DNA of 62,693 nt, filler included, from Basidioascus undulatus (Eukaryota), in assembly GCA_000826855.1 (NCBI GenBank). It is 5 parts of 5 records of this genome, joined end to end, with 100 filler letters (N's around TTAATTAATTAA, not from the genome) between each part and the next. Parts side by side here need not be neighbours in the genome. Positions count along the whole stretch, not along the records: positions 1 to 28,904 come from JTLS01000140.1; positions 29,005 to 37,360 come from JTLS01001403.1; 3 more parts are not named here. One strand, written 5' to 3'. This document shows positions 17,741 to 30,230 of this stretch, piece after piece. Below the pieces are notes generated by a model. That model searched no databases and was not told where the DNA came from. It saw only the letters and a list, made by a program, of their open reading frames with translations. Each line of letters begins with the position of its first letter. Position 1 is the first letter of the stretch. The translations under genes were made by a program, and so were the position numbers.

Positions 17741-20301
17741 ATGCCGTCGCATTCTACTCCCGATATCCACGCACCACGATCAGGTCGGTCGTCCATGACC
17801 GCCGTCGACACTCTCTCGCCCCGGCTAGACGCCGAAAAGAAGCTCAGGGTGCCCCCTTCGAGCGGGATCTCCTATCCGGGATCTGGCACGGCGGACGACC
17901 CATTCTTGGTTTCTTGGACGGATGATTTGGGACAGGGCAGGGATCCGGAGAACCCACAAGTGAGTCTGATCTTCGACAGCGAGTGAGCCAGCCGTGTGAT
18001 CCAGGCTAATTGTGTGTGCCTCACCAGAACCTCACCGCCGGACGCAAATGGACAATCACGGTCATCAACGCCATTGTGACGCTTTGCATCGCTTTTGCTT
18101 CTAGCGCGTATTCCGGGGGCATACGGGAATTGTTGATTAAGTTCCGCGTTGCAACTGAGGTCAGTGGCAGGCGTTCATTGCAAACGAGGAGCAAAGCTGA
18201 TCCTGAACTCACTGCAGGTCATTACGTTGGGGATCTCCCTCTTCGTTGTCGGATTCGGTGTCGGACCATTGCTTTGGGCTCCTCTTGCGGAGATGTGAGA
18301 ATCACTCTTGCTCTCGCCCGTTCACCGCAGGCTTGAGCTGATCCGAAATCCTACCGAAGGTACGGCCGTCGCCTCATCTTCATCGTCACCTTCACGCCCT
18401 TCGTCTTCTTCAATCTCGGTGGAGCTCTCGGCAACAACATCGAGACGATCTTGATCACACGGTTCTTGGGCGGTCTTTTCGGCGCCTCCCCGCTCGTCAA
18501 CGCCGGCGGCGCTCTCGCTGATGGTAAGCAGCCCAACAACGCTCATAAGCTGCGACGTCCACTTACACCAGCTGTGCTTTCGCAGTATTTAACGCACGCG
18601 AACGCGGACCTGCTTCTGCCTTGTTTGTCATTTCATGTCGCTGGGGCGCGGGGAGCATGGGTTCTCACAGATTGTTTTCCGCTTCATAGGTTCGCGCTCG
18701 CTCCCTTCCTCGGCCCGTAAGCCGAAAACATGATCGAGCTTCTGAATTAATGGAGCTGACCCGGACTCCTGCAGAGTTCTTGGCCCGTGAGTGCCACAAG
18801 CAAATCTTACATCTGCCGTAGAACTGCAGCTGACCCAGACCTGCAGGATCGTCGGTGGCTACTCCGCCCAGGGCTCAGGATGGCATGCTCCGTAAGCAAG
18901 CCCTCTCATCATTGGCCTCCGATTTAGTACTTATAACTCTTTGGCTTGAAATTCGATTAGATTTTGGGTAATGTTCGGCTTTGGGCTGGTCTTGCTTCTT
19001 GCTGGGACGCTCTTCGTTCCGGAGACCTACAGCGTATGCGGGATCCTGCTTTTCTTTACCTCATCCCACTCTTAGCACTGACGACCGCCTCCGCGCACTC
19101 CCACAGCCGTACCTTCTCCGCAAGAAGGCCGCCAAGCTATCAAAGGAGACCGACCTCGTCTACATTAGCAAGCTCGATGTCGGCCGCCCGACAAAGCTTA
19201 CCGAAATCCTTGCCATCTCGCTTAAGCGGCCGTTCGTGCTGCTCTTCAAGGAGCCGATCGTCTTCGCACTGTCCGCCTACGCTGCGGTGATATACGGTAT
19301 TCTCTACCTGTTGTTGTGTGTTTTCCTTTCCACCATTCGTCTATTCAGATCTATCTGACATGATCACATCACAGTGCGGCGTTCCCGATCGTCTTCCAGA
19401 CGTACCGCGGCTGGTCGTCCGGCAAGGGCGGTACGCAAGCTCTCTCATTACCATTGTGCAGCCCAAGTACTCATCCTTCATTTACAGGTCTTGCTTTCAT
19501 CGGCGTCGGAATCGGAATGATTATGGGCGTCATGGGTGCCGGGTACTTCGACAAGCTGTACATACGCGCGAGCGACAAAAGCGCCGATGGCGTCGCCCCG
19601 CCGGGTACGCTCAAGCTTGCTCTGTTAATCATCGCTGCCCCTGGAACTTACGTCTCATTATCTCCTCAGAGGCTCGCCTTGTGCAAGCGTGCGTCGGCGG
19701 CATACTGCTTCCCGTTGGTCTCGGCATCTTCGCTGCCAGTGAGTCTTGTTCACACATGCCCCCTTGTCGACAGTAGAGCAGCTGCTGACTGTCATATTCC
19801 AGCTTGCACTCCCGACATTCACTGGATTGCCCCCATCATTGCCGGTAAGTATACTCACTTCAGACTGCCGGTTCACGAGTATATCTCATTTTGCGCGGCA
19901 GGCGTCCCGTTCGGTTGCGGCATGCTCTTCGTATTCCTGTCGATCATCATGTACCTCGTCGACTCGTACACGATTTACTCGGCAAGCGCCCTCGCCGCCA
20001 ACGCCGTCTTTCGTAGCGTGCTCGGGGCGGCCTTCCCCCTCTTCACGGCGCGCATGTACGACGCCTGCGGCCTCCAGTGGGGCTCGGCGATTCCTTGCTT
20101 CTTGGCCCTTATTTGCGCACCGATGCCGTTCCTCTTCTACGTGAGTCATACCCTAATGCGATGCCATGAGACAAGAAAGCTGATCAACTTTGCAATGTAC
20201 AGCGGTATGGCGCTCGCATTCGCGCCCGGTCCAAGTTCGCTGCTTCGGCGACTTCTAGCCTGCCGGAGCCTGTGACCACCAAGTCCTCGTCCGAGGCATA
20301 G
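17741..20301 (+). CDS. MFS transporter, DHA1 (drug:H+ antiporter-1) family (multi-exon)
   Basis: DPENPQN..RKW N-terminal motif, GFGVGPLLWAPLAEMYGRR (motif A variant), PET, KRPFVLLFKEPIV, YLVDSYTIYSASALAANAVFRS, AAFPLF. Confidence 0.92.
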
Positions 20302-21468
20302 ACACTCTCTACTCGCTCTTTCGTCTCTTCATCTGTAGCTCGCATTATACCCATCGGACACCTAATCGCTAGCACGATAGACTACGTAATGTACCTGCAT
20401 CGCAGCATATCACATTGCTCATTTGACAAGCTGTACGAGTGTGACATTCAGTTTTAAACGCAAAAACTTGTTCTCCCAGGCCAACTTTTGCCTCTTAGCG
20501 CTGAGGCATGATCGTTTCGTGAATGGGGCGGGGCGAGATCCTCAGGCTGGCCTAAGACCGTCTGCGCTCTTGTTCTCTTGCTATTTGTGTACGGCTCAGA
20601 ACTCTACAAACATTAAGTTGAAACATGAACATTGCTTGACTAGAGATGCATGTCTCAACAGACCAGGCTGAAACGAGCACTTCAATCGCAATTTCAGCAA
20701 TTGTGGGGCAGCTGCTTTCGCCATTCTTGCCTTCGATGAGTGAGTGAGAGACGAATGTTCATCTTCAAACAGCAATTCCGAATGGCAACTTAGGGGTATT
20801 CTGACAAAGCCTTCAACTCAGACCGAAACTCCGAAAGAAGTGGTTGTACCAGGCACAGCTTAAGCTGGGCTTGCGGTGGTTGCTGGTTCTTGGAAGCGTG
20901 TCTGTGCACCTCTTCCACCAAAACACATACGATAGGGTAGACGAATAATTGCTTCGAGGGTCTTCTAGCAGACCCTCCTCCCACAAAGGCGCTGGTGTCG
21001 GGTTAGCCGCGAAGCGGCCAAGATGCCGAAGCTGCACCGCCAGGCTGCCACAGAAATCCTCCTAGAGGAAGCCTTGCAAATCTCATCAGAACCCTGAAAG
21101 GTGTTGTTGAGATATTTTCAACGCGTTTTCTCTGATTCTCGAGTGGGTTGACTGGTTTTTCGGTGAACTGTGAACCCCGGTGGTACATACTCACCATGCT
21201 CCGCGTTGACACGGAATGTAAACTCCAGAAGTCCAGGTCCGCACGGCACGCCTTGTCTAATTGTGTGAGGTGTGGCCAAAGAATTCACCTTCAGAAGAGT
21301 CGTTTGGATGAAATAAGGAACGAAGACGTTGCGTACAAGCAGTGTGCGTCTCGCTCAGTGAGCAGGTTACGGTCAAAGGCGCGTCGCTTGTACGCGCGGC
21401 TCCTCGACGTCAGTGCAAGGCACTTGACCGCCATCTTCAACACCCTTTGCACTCGCCCATACCTCGCC

Positions 21469-23449
21469 ATGTCGAGCCCACAGCCGCCACCGCAGCAGCC
21501 CGATCAGCCCAGCAACGAGAAGGACGCCGCGTCCGCCCCCGGCGCCTCCAGCTCCGCCATGGACACCGACCCCGCGCCCTCGACCGCTGCTGAGGACTCC
21601 AAGCCCAAGATGGAGACTTGGGACGATATCCCCCAGGAGATCCGCAACAGCTCTGCGGACGCAATCCATACGCGGACGCGCATGATTGACAATGAGATCA
21701 AGGTGCGTTCCAAGGCGGGGACGCGAGGCTGGAGACGCAGGCGCAGGTTGACAGCGAAGGGTGTGGTAGATGCTTCGCTCTGAGTCGCTCCGCTTGACGC
21801 ACGACCGGAGACAGCTGGAGGAGAAGATTAAGGACAACCAGGAGAAGATTCGGCAGAACAAGGTCCTGCCGTACTTGGTGGGCAACGTCGTGGAGGTGCG
21901 TCGTTCGCTCGTCGTCGCAGTGGCGCCTTGAGCTGAGCCGGCCGTTCTGCCTCACAGATCTTGGATGTGGACCCCGAGGGCGAGGAGGACGGCGCAGCGC
22001 AGGACCAAGACTCGATGCGGAAGGGCAAGTGCGCGGTCATCAAGACCAGCACTCGGCAGGTACGTTCGGTCTGCCGCAGCCCACCTTCTCACGTCGCGCT
22101 GAACCTCTGTGCCACAGACCATCTTCCTCCCCCTCATCGGTCTGGTTCCCGCCGAGGAGCTCAAGCCCGGCGACCTTATCGGTGTGAACAAGGACTCGTA
22201 CCTAATCCTCGACACGCTGCCGCCCGAGTACGACTCCCGTGTAAAGGCGATGGAGGTGGATGAGAAGCCGACGGACAAATACACGGTGCGTCGAACCCCT
22301 CGACGTTCGTCTGGGCAGCTCGGTACTGAAAGCGGGACTGTCACAGGACATTGGTGGGCTGGAGAAGCAGATCGAGGAGCTGGTGGAGGCGATCGTGCTG
22401 CCGATGAAGCAGGCGGACAAGTTCAAGAACCTCGGCATTCGTCCGCCGAAAGGTGTCTTGATGTATGGGCCTCCTGGTGCGTGCACGTCTGCTGCACGCA
22501 ATTGGGAACAGGGGTTTCTGAACCTGTTTGTACAGGTGTCGGCAAGACGATGCTGGCCCGTGCCTGTGCCGCACAAACAGACGCTTGCTACCTTAAGCTT
22601 GCCGGTCCCTCCCTTGTCCAGGTACGGCCGACAGAGTTTCCAGCCTAAGTCTCATTGCAAGGCTCAATAGCGTGTTCGTATAGATGTTCATCGGTGACGG
22701 CGCGAAGCTCGTCCGCGACGCGTTCGAGCTGGCCAAGGAGAAGGCGCCCGCGATCATCTTCATCGACGAGCTGGACGCTATCGGCACCAAGCGTTTCGAC
22801 AGCGACAAGTCGGGTGACCGTGAAGTGCAGCGGACGATGCTCGAGCTCCTCAACCAGCTGGACGGTTTCAGCTCGGACGAGCGCATCAAGGTTCGTCTTC
22901 CTTCTCACCAGCTTCTCCGCCCTTCCTTCCTCGCGTTCCGTCGACATCCCCCCGGGCACTGACCACATCCCCTGATGTTGGCAGGTCATCGCCGCCACCA
23001 ACCGTATCGACATCCTCGACCCCGCCCTCCTCCGCTCCGGCCGTCTGGACCGCAAGATCGAGTTCCCGCTGCCAAACGAGCAAGCGCGCGCGCGCATCAT
23101 GGCGATCCACTCGCGCAAGATGAACGTCCACCCGGACGTCAACTTCGAGGAGCTTGCGCGGAGCACGGACGAGTTCAACGGCGCGCAGATGAAGGCGGTG
23201 TGCGTGGAGGCGGGCATGGTCGCGTTGCGGGAGGGGTCGGTGCAGGTTATGCACGAGGTACGCACCGCTTTCGTTGATTGTTACGGGGAATGCTGTCGCT
23301 GATGCCGTGCTTGCAGCATTACTACGCAGGTACGCGCTCGCCGTCCCGGAATCGGTCCCCCGCATGGATGCTAATCGATTTTCCTTCTCTTCACAGGTAT
23401 TCTGGAGGTGCAAGCAAAGAAGAAGCAGGAGAACTTCTATTTCGCATGA
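21469..23449 (+). CDS. RPT5: 26S proteasome regulatory ATPase Rpt5 (subunit 6A)
   Basis: [24 protein letters not shown], Walker A GPPGVGKT, Walker [37 protein letters not shown]; ends [14 protein letters not shown]. Confidence 0.97.
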
Positions 23450-24170
23450 TTTTTTGCTCCACAATGCATTGAGAATCGATTCCAGCTTGCGTGACGGTCA
23501 GCTGTCTGCATGAGGTCGGCGCGGTCTGCGTGAGCGCAGTCAGCTCTAGACTCAACCTGTTTCAATGAACGATTACGCCTGATTCGGAATTGTAAGCCCG
23601 GCGCTGCCAGACACGGTCATCACCGTACCGGGCAGTAGAGGCCGATCGTTTGCCCGAGCACCGTGCGAGCACAGCCTCGCCTGTGTTGACCAAACTCGCA
23701 GTTCACCTTCCCCAACCTCCTCTACAAACAGAATCGCCCATGGTCACTTGTTGCTAGTTGCTGTGAAGCTCCATACGATACACCATCTCTCGCGAGACCA
23801 GAGCGCAAAAGTGTGCAGTCTCGACGTGGACACGAGCCGAAGATCGGGCTGCCAGTTTTGCGCCCTCGAAACGTATGAGCTATAAAAAACGTGTGGGCCT
23901 CAAAGTGGTTTATCATACAATTTTCCATGTTTTGCGTACGCTGCTGGCGTCGTGACCAACGTCGGGCTCATCAAGCCTTGAGAACGCAGCTATTCGAAGC
24001 AAGACATCTTGCAGCCGTGCATGTCCGAATCAACTTGTTCGTAAATTTCGAAAAGTCTAGAGTAATGATCGCAGTCCTAGTGAGACTGTGGTGCAGAAAC
24101 GCGCTGAAGGGCGCCAGTGCAGGCAGGCAGGTCGGAGTTCAACGGCACACAAATGCAAGCTCAGATGATA

Positions 24171-25500
24171 TCACATCTTTTCAGCTCTAGGCATAGATGA
24201 CAAGCTCTGACAGAAGCGTTTAGGCCGTGGCCAATCCTTGTCGTTCCCGCGCGACGTCGCCATGTTGTTGAGTATCTGACTACCAACTGGAAGAAGACGC
24301 AGCTTTCTGATGCTCCGCACAGCAATACCCGGCTCCGTTGCACCGGGCCCAGCGCTTCGAGCATGGGCGAGTCGCAGCCGGATATTCCACACGCTGTCCC
24401 GTCGAGGACTAGGGAAAGCATGTATTCCCACAGTGGCGGAACGTCCTCGTCAAGCCTCGGCGTGGCGTACAACGCATGGCGTGTGCGGACCGCGCGTGGA
24501 TTTGGTGTTTGGGAGCGGCTCGTCTCGGACACGAGGAGGTGCGGAGGCAAATAGTTTATGGAATGTAAGGTCGCGTTGGAGGTGGATTGTCACTTCGGTG
24601 AGCAGGCCGTGGTGATGAGCTGTTCCGAGCAAGAAGGAACATCAGCGAACGGCGGAAACGGTAGCGAACAGGTTTTCAGATGCATATCAAGCACAAGGAT
24701 GCTACTTACATACATTGGTCATACGGAGAAAACCTAGAAAGCGCCAGGCCAAGCTCGCTCAAAGCCCGCCAACATCCCGAAGAGACCACTGCCGAAGAAC
24801 GAGACTAAAGTGCAGAACGGACCCGATCAGTGTCTGTAGAGTGGAAGTATAAACAGGAAGACTACTTTGGGGCTTCCGTTGAGTTGAGCATAGCCCGGAA
24901 TAGGTTCATCCCAGCCATAAGCACGGTCTGTCGCGGTGCGTCCGTGCTCGAGGCGTCCTCCAGCTCACATAGCAGCGCCCCGATGGCGGTAGCGAACACC
25001 CGCGCGTGCTCGACGGCGGCCCGAAGGAACTCGCGAGACTCGTCGTCTCGCGCTGCGTCGTAAGAAAGCGGAGGAAGAACACAGCGGCATTCTCGTGTCC
25101 CGGTACTGGAACTCGAGGCACTGCACAAGATGATCGAGCACGCGCTGTAGGAAGCCGACCGAGAGAAGGCACGCAGGATCTCGCTGGGTGGAAAGTATCG
25201 CTAGCGCTAGCGCCTGCGAGGTCAGGCGATGCCCTTGTTAGAAGAATCGATAGGCAGCCAGACAGTGGCGAGAAGAGGGATAGCATGCGGGACATCAGTG
25301 AATCTGCACATGGCAATGCAGCTCGAGGGAGGCTACCGGAAACTGCAGGAACGCGACAAACGTTTCGTCGGCCTCGAACTGCGTCAGAGACTAGTAAAAA
25401 TTTGCGCAGCAAGGATGCGCGCAAGACCACGGCAGAGCTGCTGGAGGGCTCGAGCAGAGTGCGCTCCGCCTACAGCTTCGTATCCTCCATCAGCTAGACA
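24171..25500 (-). pseudogene. Degenerate MYND zinc-finger protein gene (extent approximate)
   Basis: CGISGC, then a frameshift to KRWARCNGAGYCCAEHQKA, then an intron and DWPRPKRFC. This is the MYND pattern with C->W and H->P changes. An upstream helical exon reads REFLRAAVEHARVFATAIGALLCELE. Confidence 0.6.
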
Positions 25501-26571
25501 GCGATATATTCGCTAGAAGAACATTTACCCGTCCGACGAACGCCGGGCATGCATCCAAAACTGTCCTTTCGACGTATCCGACGGTGTTCAGCCCAGATCG
25601 CTCTCATGAACATCAACAAGCACATGAGGGAGAGCGACAACACAGGCTGTTCGAGATTGTAAGCACGTCAGCCAGCGCGATGAAGCTCACTCCGACGATA
25701 AAGAACTGACTGCTCGTGGTCCACGATTGTTCCAAATTATACCTCATCGACGGCAGTACAGTGTACAGTCCGGTTTGTGCGAGTCTGATTTGCACTTCTC
25801 GGAGCAAGAAAGATTCAGGTATGTGCGTTCTGAACTGGCTAGAAATCTGAAGAGGATGGGAGCATCTTGGGACGTGCACAAAGTCTGAACCCACCCATCT
25901 GAAGGTTGCTGACCAGGCGCACGAAAGTATTCTCCTTTATTTGAAGAACAAAAGTAACTTGGGAGGCCTGTTCTACGGGCAAAAGGTGGCAGTTTTAATG
26001 AACAATTGAGTCGATCATGATACCAAGACTTCGATTGGCCCGGTGCATCTTAATGTACACCCGCCTGTGAGCACTCATTCATTTGCAAAGACATATCACC
26101 GATACATCCCGTTGTAAACGTGCAGTGCAGCGAATATCGCCCTGACCGGAAAGCGACCTTCTGGAACGCCTGCAGTCGCTTCCATTGCGAGGGCAGAAGT
26201 TCCGACCGAAACAGCCAACACCTCAATACCGCGGCTCGTACATGGCAAGGAATACTTTCTAAAGAGATGTAGTATATTTGTGAGACCCACTCGAGTCATG
26301 AGAAAGAACTGTCCCTGTGGTTATAGGTTACAAACACAGGCCGGTAGTTACGTTGTCCCCTGCACACAATGCATTGACGTTGGCGGATAGCCCCATTAGG
26401 TAGTTTCTAGACGCGACTGCGGAAAGCGATGGAAACAATCTGAAGAAACCATGCAATATTGTAGCAAACTTCGTAGCCCTGGCCTGATCAGCTTGGGGCA
26501 CACCACAAGCACTTTCGCGGCGTCGCGGGCAGGCTGCCAACACACCACAGAATTCACAGCTTGACAAAGCT

Positions 26572-27286
26572 TCATGCGTTGTCCTTCTTCGCGGCATCCA
26601 CCTCCTCCTTTGCCTTCTTCTCTTCCAGCTCCCGCGCATACTTATCCGCAGTCATCTTGATCTTGAAGTTCTGCAGCTCCGTGTTCCCAGGGTAGGCATA
26701 ACCAAACTCCGCAAGCGCGGTCTGTGCATCCCCACGCTCCCGAGTCAGTACCTCCATCCCAAAATCGACGTGGAGAGAGGAACACGCACCTTGTTGTTCT
26801 TCACACACCGATGCCACCGCGACGACTCCTCCGAGCACCCCGTCACCATCCTGTGCCAGAAGCTGCCATTGTCGTAGCACTGCTGTAGCGCGTACTCGAT
26901 GTCCGCGCAGTTCTCGAGAGCTGCATCGGAAATCTCGCGCTTCACGGCAAGGTTGGTAAGGTAGTTCGGGTCGGCGGGGGCGGGGCTGCGTGGGTCGGGC
27001 AGCGTGTTGGCTAAGGCTCAGGAGGGGCTGGGATGGCAGTTACGCACGCTTCATCCGGGCCCGCTGGAGGAGGGATGCGGGGCTGAGGCTCTGGCTCACG
27101 CTCTGGAGGCGGTTGAGCTGAGGAGGTCGGGGAGAAGGGGCGGAGAGGAGGCAGAGAGTCCGCCGCGGCACGGTCGACTTCGGGGTCGTACGTCGGCGCC
27201 TTGAGATGGTCGGTCGGGCCCGCCGCGGAGGATTGCTGGGCGTCGGAAGGCTTATCCGCCGTGGTTGATGATGTGAACCAGCCCAT
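26572..27286 (-). CDS. Small twin CX9C protein, probably mitochondrial intermembrane space (about 3 exons)
   Basis: MGWFTSS... start; C-ADIEYALQQ-C and C-SEESSRWHR-C give two CX9C motifs; last exon TALAEFGY...MTADKYARELEEKK...*. Confidence 0.75.
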
Positions 27287-27536
27287 GGTGTGAAGAGCTG
27301 CTGTGATTGACGATGGTGAACGAGGAAAACGGGCGAGGAAGCAAGACGTCAGGATGGCCGAACCCAGCGGGCGACTTTTCCCACGCGCCTCCGTCCGTTT
27401 TCAGTGCCAAATAGGCGAATGCAATGCGTGAGATATTGCGTAAGGCTCTAGAATACAAGATGTGGTGTAGTATCAAGCGCGAGAAAGGAAAACGAACGAA
27501 AGACTTGGAAAGTGAATGCAAAAAGAAGAGACAGAA

Positions 27537-28904
27537 CTACGTGGCTGGCAGGACGCTCGCGAGTCCGACGTCGACGACGCTGAGCCACTTTGCGAGATCG
27601 TCGAGCGTGCGTGACAGCTCGGCCTGCGCCGCATCGGGATGGACGAGCGCCGCGTAGTCGAGCGGGCGGACGGCGGGGCCGACTGCATCGGGCGGGAAGG
27701 GGAACGCGGCAGCGTGCGCCATCGTCGGTGTCGGCGTGCGCAGCAAGTCCTCGATCGGCGGGAGGGTCAGACCGTTTTGGTATGGTGAGGAGCGCGAGGT
27801 TGGGGGTGAGGGCGGTGTGGGCGGGTGTTGGATACCGGAGAGCGGAGACGGGACAGGTTGGAAGAAGGGTCGGCCGGAGGAGCCGGCGGGGATGGGCGGA
27901 AGGTGCTCGACCAGTGAGGGATCGAACGTGCTCGGCTCGAGCTAAGGTTGCGGTAAAGATAAGCTTCAGCATAAAGGATCAGAAGGGACAAGGCAAGGCG
28001 TACCCTCAGAGCTTCCCGAAGTCCGATGGGTCCTTCACTCCGGCTGCCGCTCCTCAGCCGACCCAAAGTGCCCTGCTCGTCCGCCGCACGACTTCCGCTT
28101 CGACTGCGCCCCATCTGCAATCCTCCCGCCGACGGGGGACCCAACGACCCGACCGGTCCTAATGAAGCGAGTGCGGGCGGTGGGCTGTGCGTTGGGGACG
28201 GAATGGTCTCCATCACGGCGACGGACGACTGACGGGTGAGTGTCGGTTTCCGCGAAAGCAGACTCGGCGCCGGACGCGTCGGCGACTCTCCGGGGGGGAG
28301 CGCACTCTGCGATCGAGAGAGGGGCTGGGCGGAATGCGAAGGGTCGGACGCGGGCGAGGGGGGCGGGAATTGGAAGGGTGATCGAGGGGGGAACTGGAAG
28401 GAGGGCGCGAAGTTGGGGCTTTCTGGTGGGGCCGTGGAGGACGAGCCGAGGCGGCTCCGCTGGCCCTGCGACGAGCCGGAAAAGTGCATCTGGCGCGAGG
28501 AGGGGGGTGTGCCGGGTCCGCTGGACCCTGAGCGAGCGCGGAACGCGGGCGAGCCCTCGAAGGAAGGACGCGGCGGGGGGAGAGCGCTTTCGAAGGACGG
28601 CCGGCCGCCGCTGGATGGCGAGTCGCGGCTGTTTTCGAAGGAGGGGCGCGAGGAGGGGGCGGAATCCAAGGAGGGGCGACCGGAGGAGGAGGGTTGCGAG
28701 TCGAAGGAGGGACGGCTTTGGGGCGAGAAGAAGATGTCCGTGGGCGACTGCGTCACCGGCGGAGGCGTGGAGCGACCGAACCGGTTCGCAGCGGGCGGGC
28801 GGAAGGTGTTCAGCGCAGAGGGTGACGGCTCTCCGCTGCTGTCGCCGTCGTTGCTCGGCAAAACGAGTCCGCCGTCGAACCCATCCTCCTCCTCCTCGCC
28901 CTCC
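27537..28904 (-). CDS. 3' part of a Pro/Ser-rich protein, possibly the C-terminus of a STE20/GCK-like kinase (5' truncated by contig end)
   Basis: Long low-complexity ORF with LTRQSSVAVMET and a terminal RPLDYAAL..AELSRTLDDLAKWLSVVDVGL helix, which I recall from basidiomycete STE20/YSK kinases. No kinase domain is in the window. Confidence 0.5.
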
Positions 28905-29004
28905 NNNNNNNNNNNNNNNNNNNNNNNNNNNNNNNNNNNNNNNNNNNNTTAATTAATTAANNNNNNNNNNNNNNNNNNNNNNNNNNNNNNNNNNNNNNNN
29001 NNNN
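28905..29004. other. Artificial contig linker
   Basis: 44 N + TTAATTAATTAA (stops in all six frames) + 44 N. Confidence 0.99.
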
Positions 29005-29139
29005 TCTCTCGTGTATAAAATGGTGGGAGCTGGCACTGCTGCATCTACATCGAAGTCACTCCCCTGCACGGTTCACTCAGCTTGCATCGACGGCGAAGCG
29101 AGAACCGACATATTCCACTATAATCTTCAGTAGTAATAA

Positions 29140-29218
29140 GGCAAGATAGGAAAGTGGTCAAATCCGCTAGCTTCAGGTGCTAGTCTTCGGTTCGTGGGTT
29201 CGAGTCCCACTCTTGTCA
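29140..29218 (+). tRNA. tRNA-Leu(CAG), intronless, atypical D-stem and short variable arm
   Basis: Acceptor GGCAAGA/TCTTGTC, discriminator A, anticodon arm CTAGC-TTCAGGT-GCTAG, T-arm GTGGG-TTCGAGT-CCCAC, TTTT just downstream. Confidence 0.85.
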
Positions 29219-29389
29219 TAGCTTTTGCTTCCTCTTCCACACAGCAGTAACAAGGCCTCAGGGAGGCAGCTCCTTTTTGCGCTTGGAACAAAGAAAGCTC
29301 TTGTTGGAGATCCCCAGTGTCAGCCAGAGTGTACAGTGCAGCACCTCCCTGGTTGAAAGTATGAGACATGCCTTGGAAAGGACAAGGAA

Positions 29390-29700
29390 TGTAGATGTCT
29401 GCACTGGGGGGTATGTTCATGTCCATACTTTATTCTAGTTCTCTGTCCTTTGTGATGTCTGTGTCCATGTCCATGGGAATGTCCATGAAATTGTCTGTGT
29501 CCACATCTGTGAGGACATATATGGATGTCTATGGCAATGTTCATGGGGATATATGTTCATGTCTGTGTCTCTGGGGATGTCTACATCCATGTCTGACTAT
29601 GTCTGTGTCTTTGACCATGTCTTGACCATGGTCATGTCTGTGTCTGTCTCAATGTCCATGTCCATGTCCATGTCCATGTCCATATTCATCTGTGTTCATG
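29390..29700. repeat. Degenerate 6-bp periodic array (GTCCAT/GTCTGT)n, CpG-free
   Basis: For example ATGTCCATGTCCATGTCCATGTCCATGTCCAT near 29652-29683, with many degenerate copies upstream. Confidence 0.85.
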
Positions 29701-29713
29701 CCTGTGGCCTTGG

Positions 29714-29775
29714 CTAAAGGACAGTCCCTCAGCTGAAGGACAGTCCTTGAGCTAAGGACAGTCCTTGGGTAAGGA
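29714..29775. repeat. Three tandem ~17-bp units containing the palindrome AAGGAC-A-GTCCTT
   Basis: ctaaaggacagtccctcag ctgaaggacagtccttgag ctaaggacagtccttggg. Confidence 0.8.
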
Positions 29776-29849
29776 ATCAAGAACAGACCCTACCAGAAGG
29801 ATTAGTCACTGAGTGAACAACAGTCTTCAAGTTCACTTCTTTTTTGTCA

Positions 29850-30175
29850 TGCTCAGTCTTACTAGCTCTGGTCTAGCCTAGTCCAGCTGCAAAAAGCCTA
29901 GTCAAGTCTGTTAAACTCTTGTCTAATCCTGTGCAGTCAAATCTCCTCCAGTCTACTCCTATCAGCTTCAGTTTATTCCAGTTGACTCCAGTCTGCACAA
30001 GTGCACAAGTCCGCTGCAGCCTAGGCCAGTCTAGTTCAGTCCAATCCAGTCTGGTCTGGTCCCATCTTCACGTTTCAAATACAGTCTAGACCAGTCTGCT
30101 GCAATGTACTCCAGCCAGTCTGTTCCAGTCTGCTTCAACCACTCTCCTGCAGTCCAGTCCAGTCCAGTCCAGGCT
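29850..30175. repeat. Degenerate 5-bp periodic array (CCAGT/CTAGT)n
   Basis: For example cagtccagtccagtccagtccagg near 30150-30173, with degenerate copies upstream. Confidence 0.8.
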
Positions 30176-30230
30176 ATTCATGTTCAGCTGAACACATTTC
30201 CAGGCAGAGGAAAAGATTGGTTTCAGCATG

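Noticed and set aside
20965..21198. ATG-intron-short ORF divergent from RPT5
   Set aside because: It has plausible splice signals but only about 43 codons with no recognisable motif; unsupported without transcripts.
29140..29218. CUG codon reassignment through the odd CAG tRNA
   Set aside because: CTG encodes conserved Leu positions in Rpt5 here ([16 protein letters not shown]). The tRNA has A73 and lacks the G3:U70 Ala identity pair.
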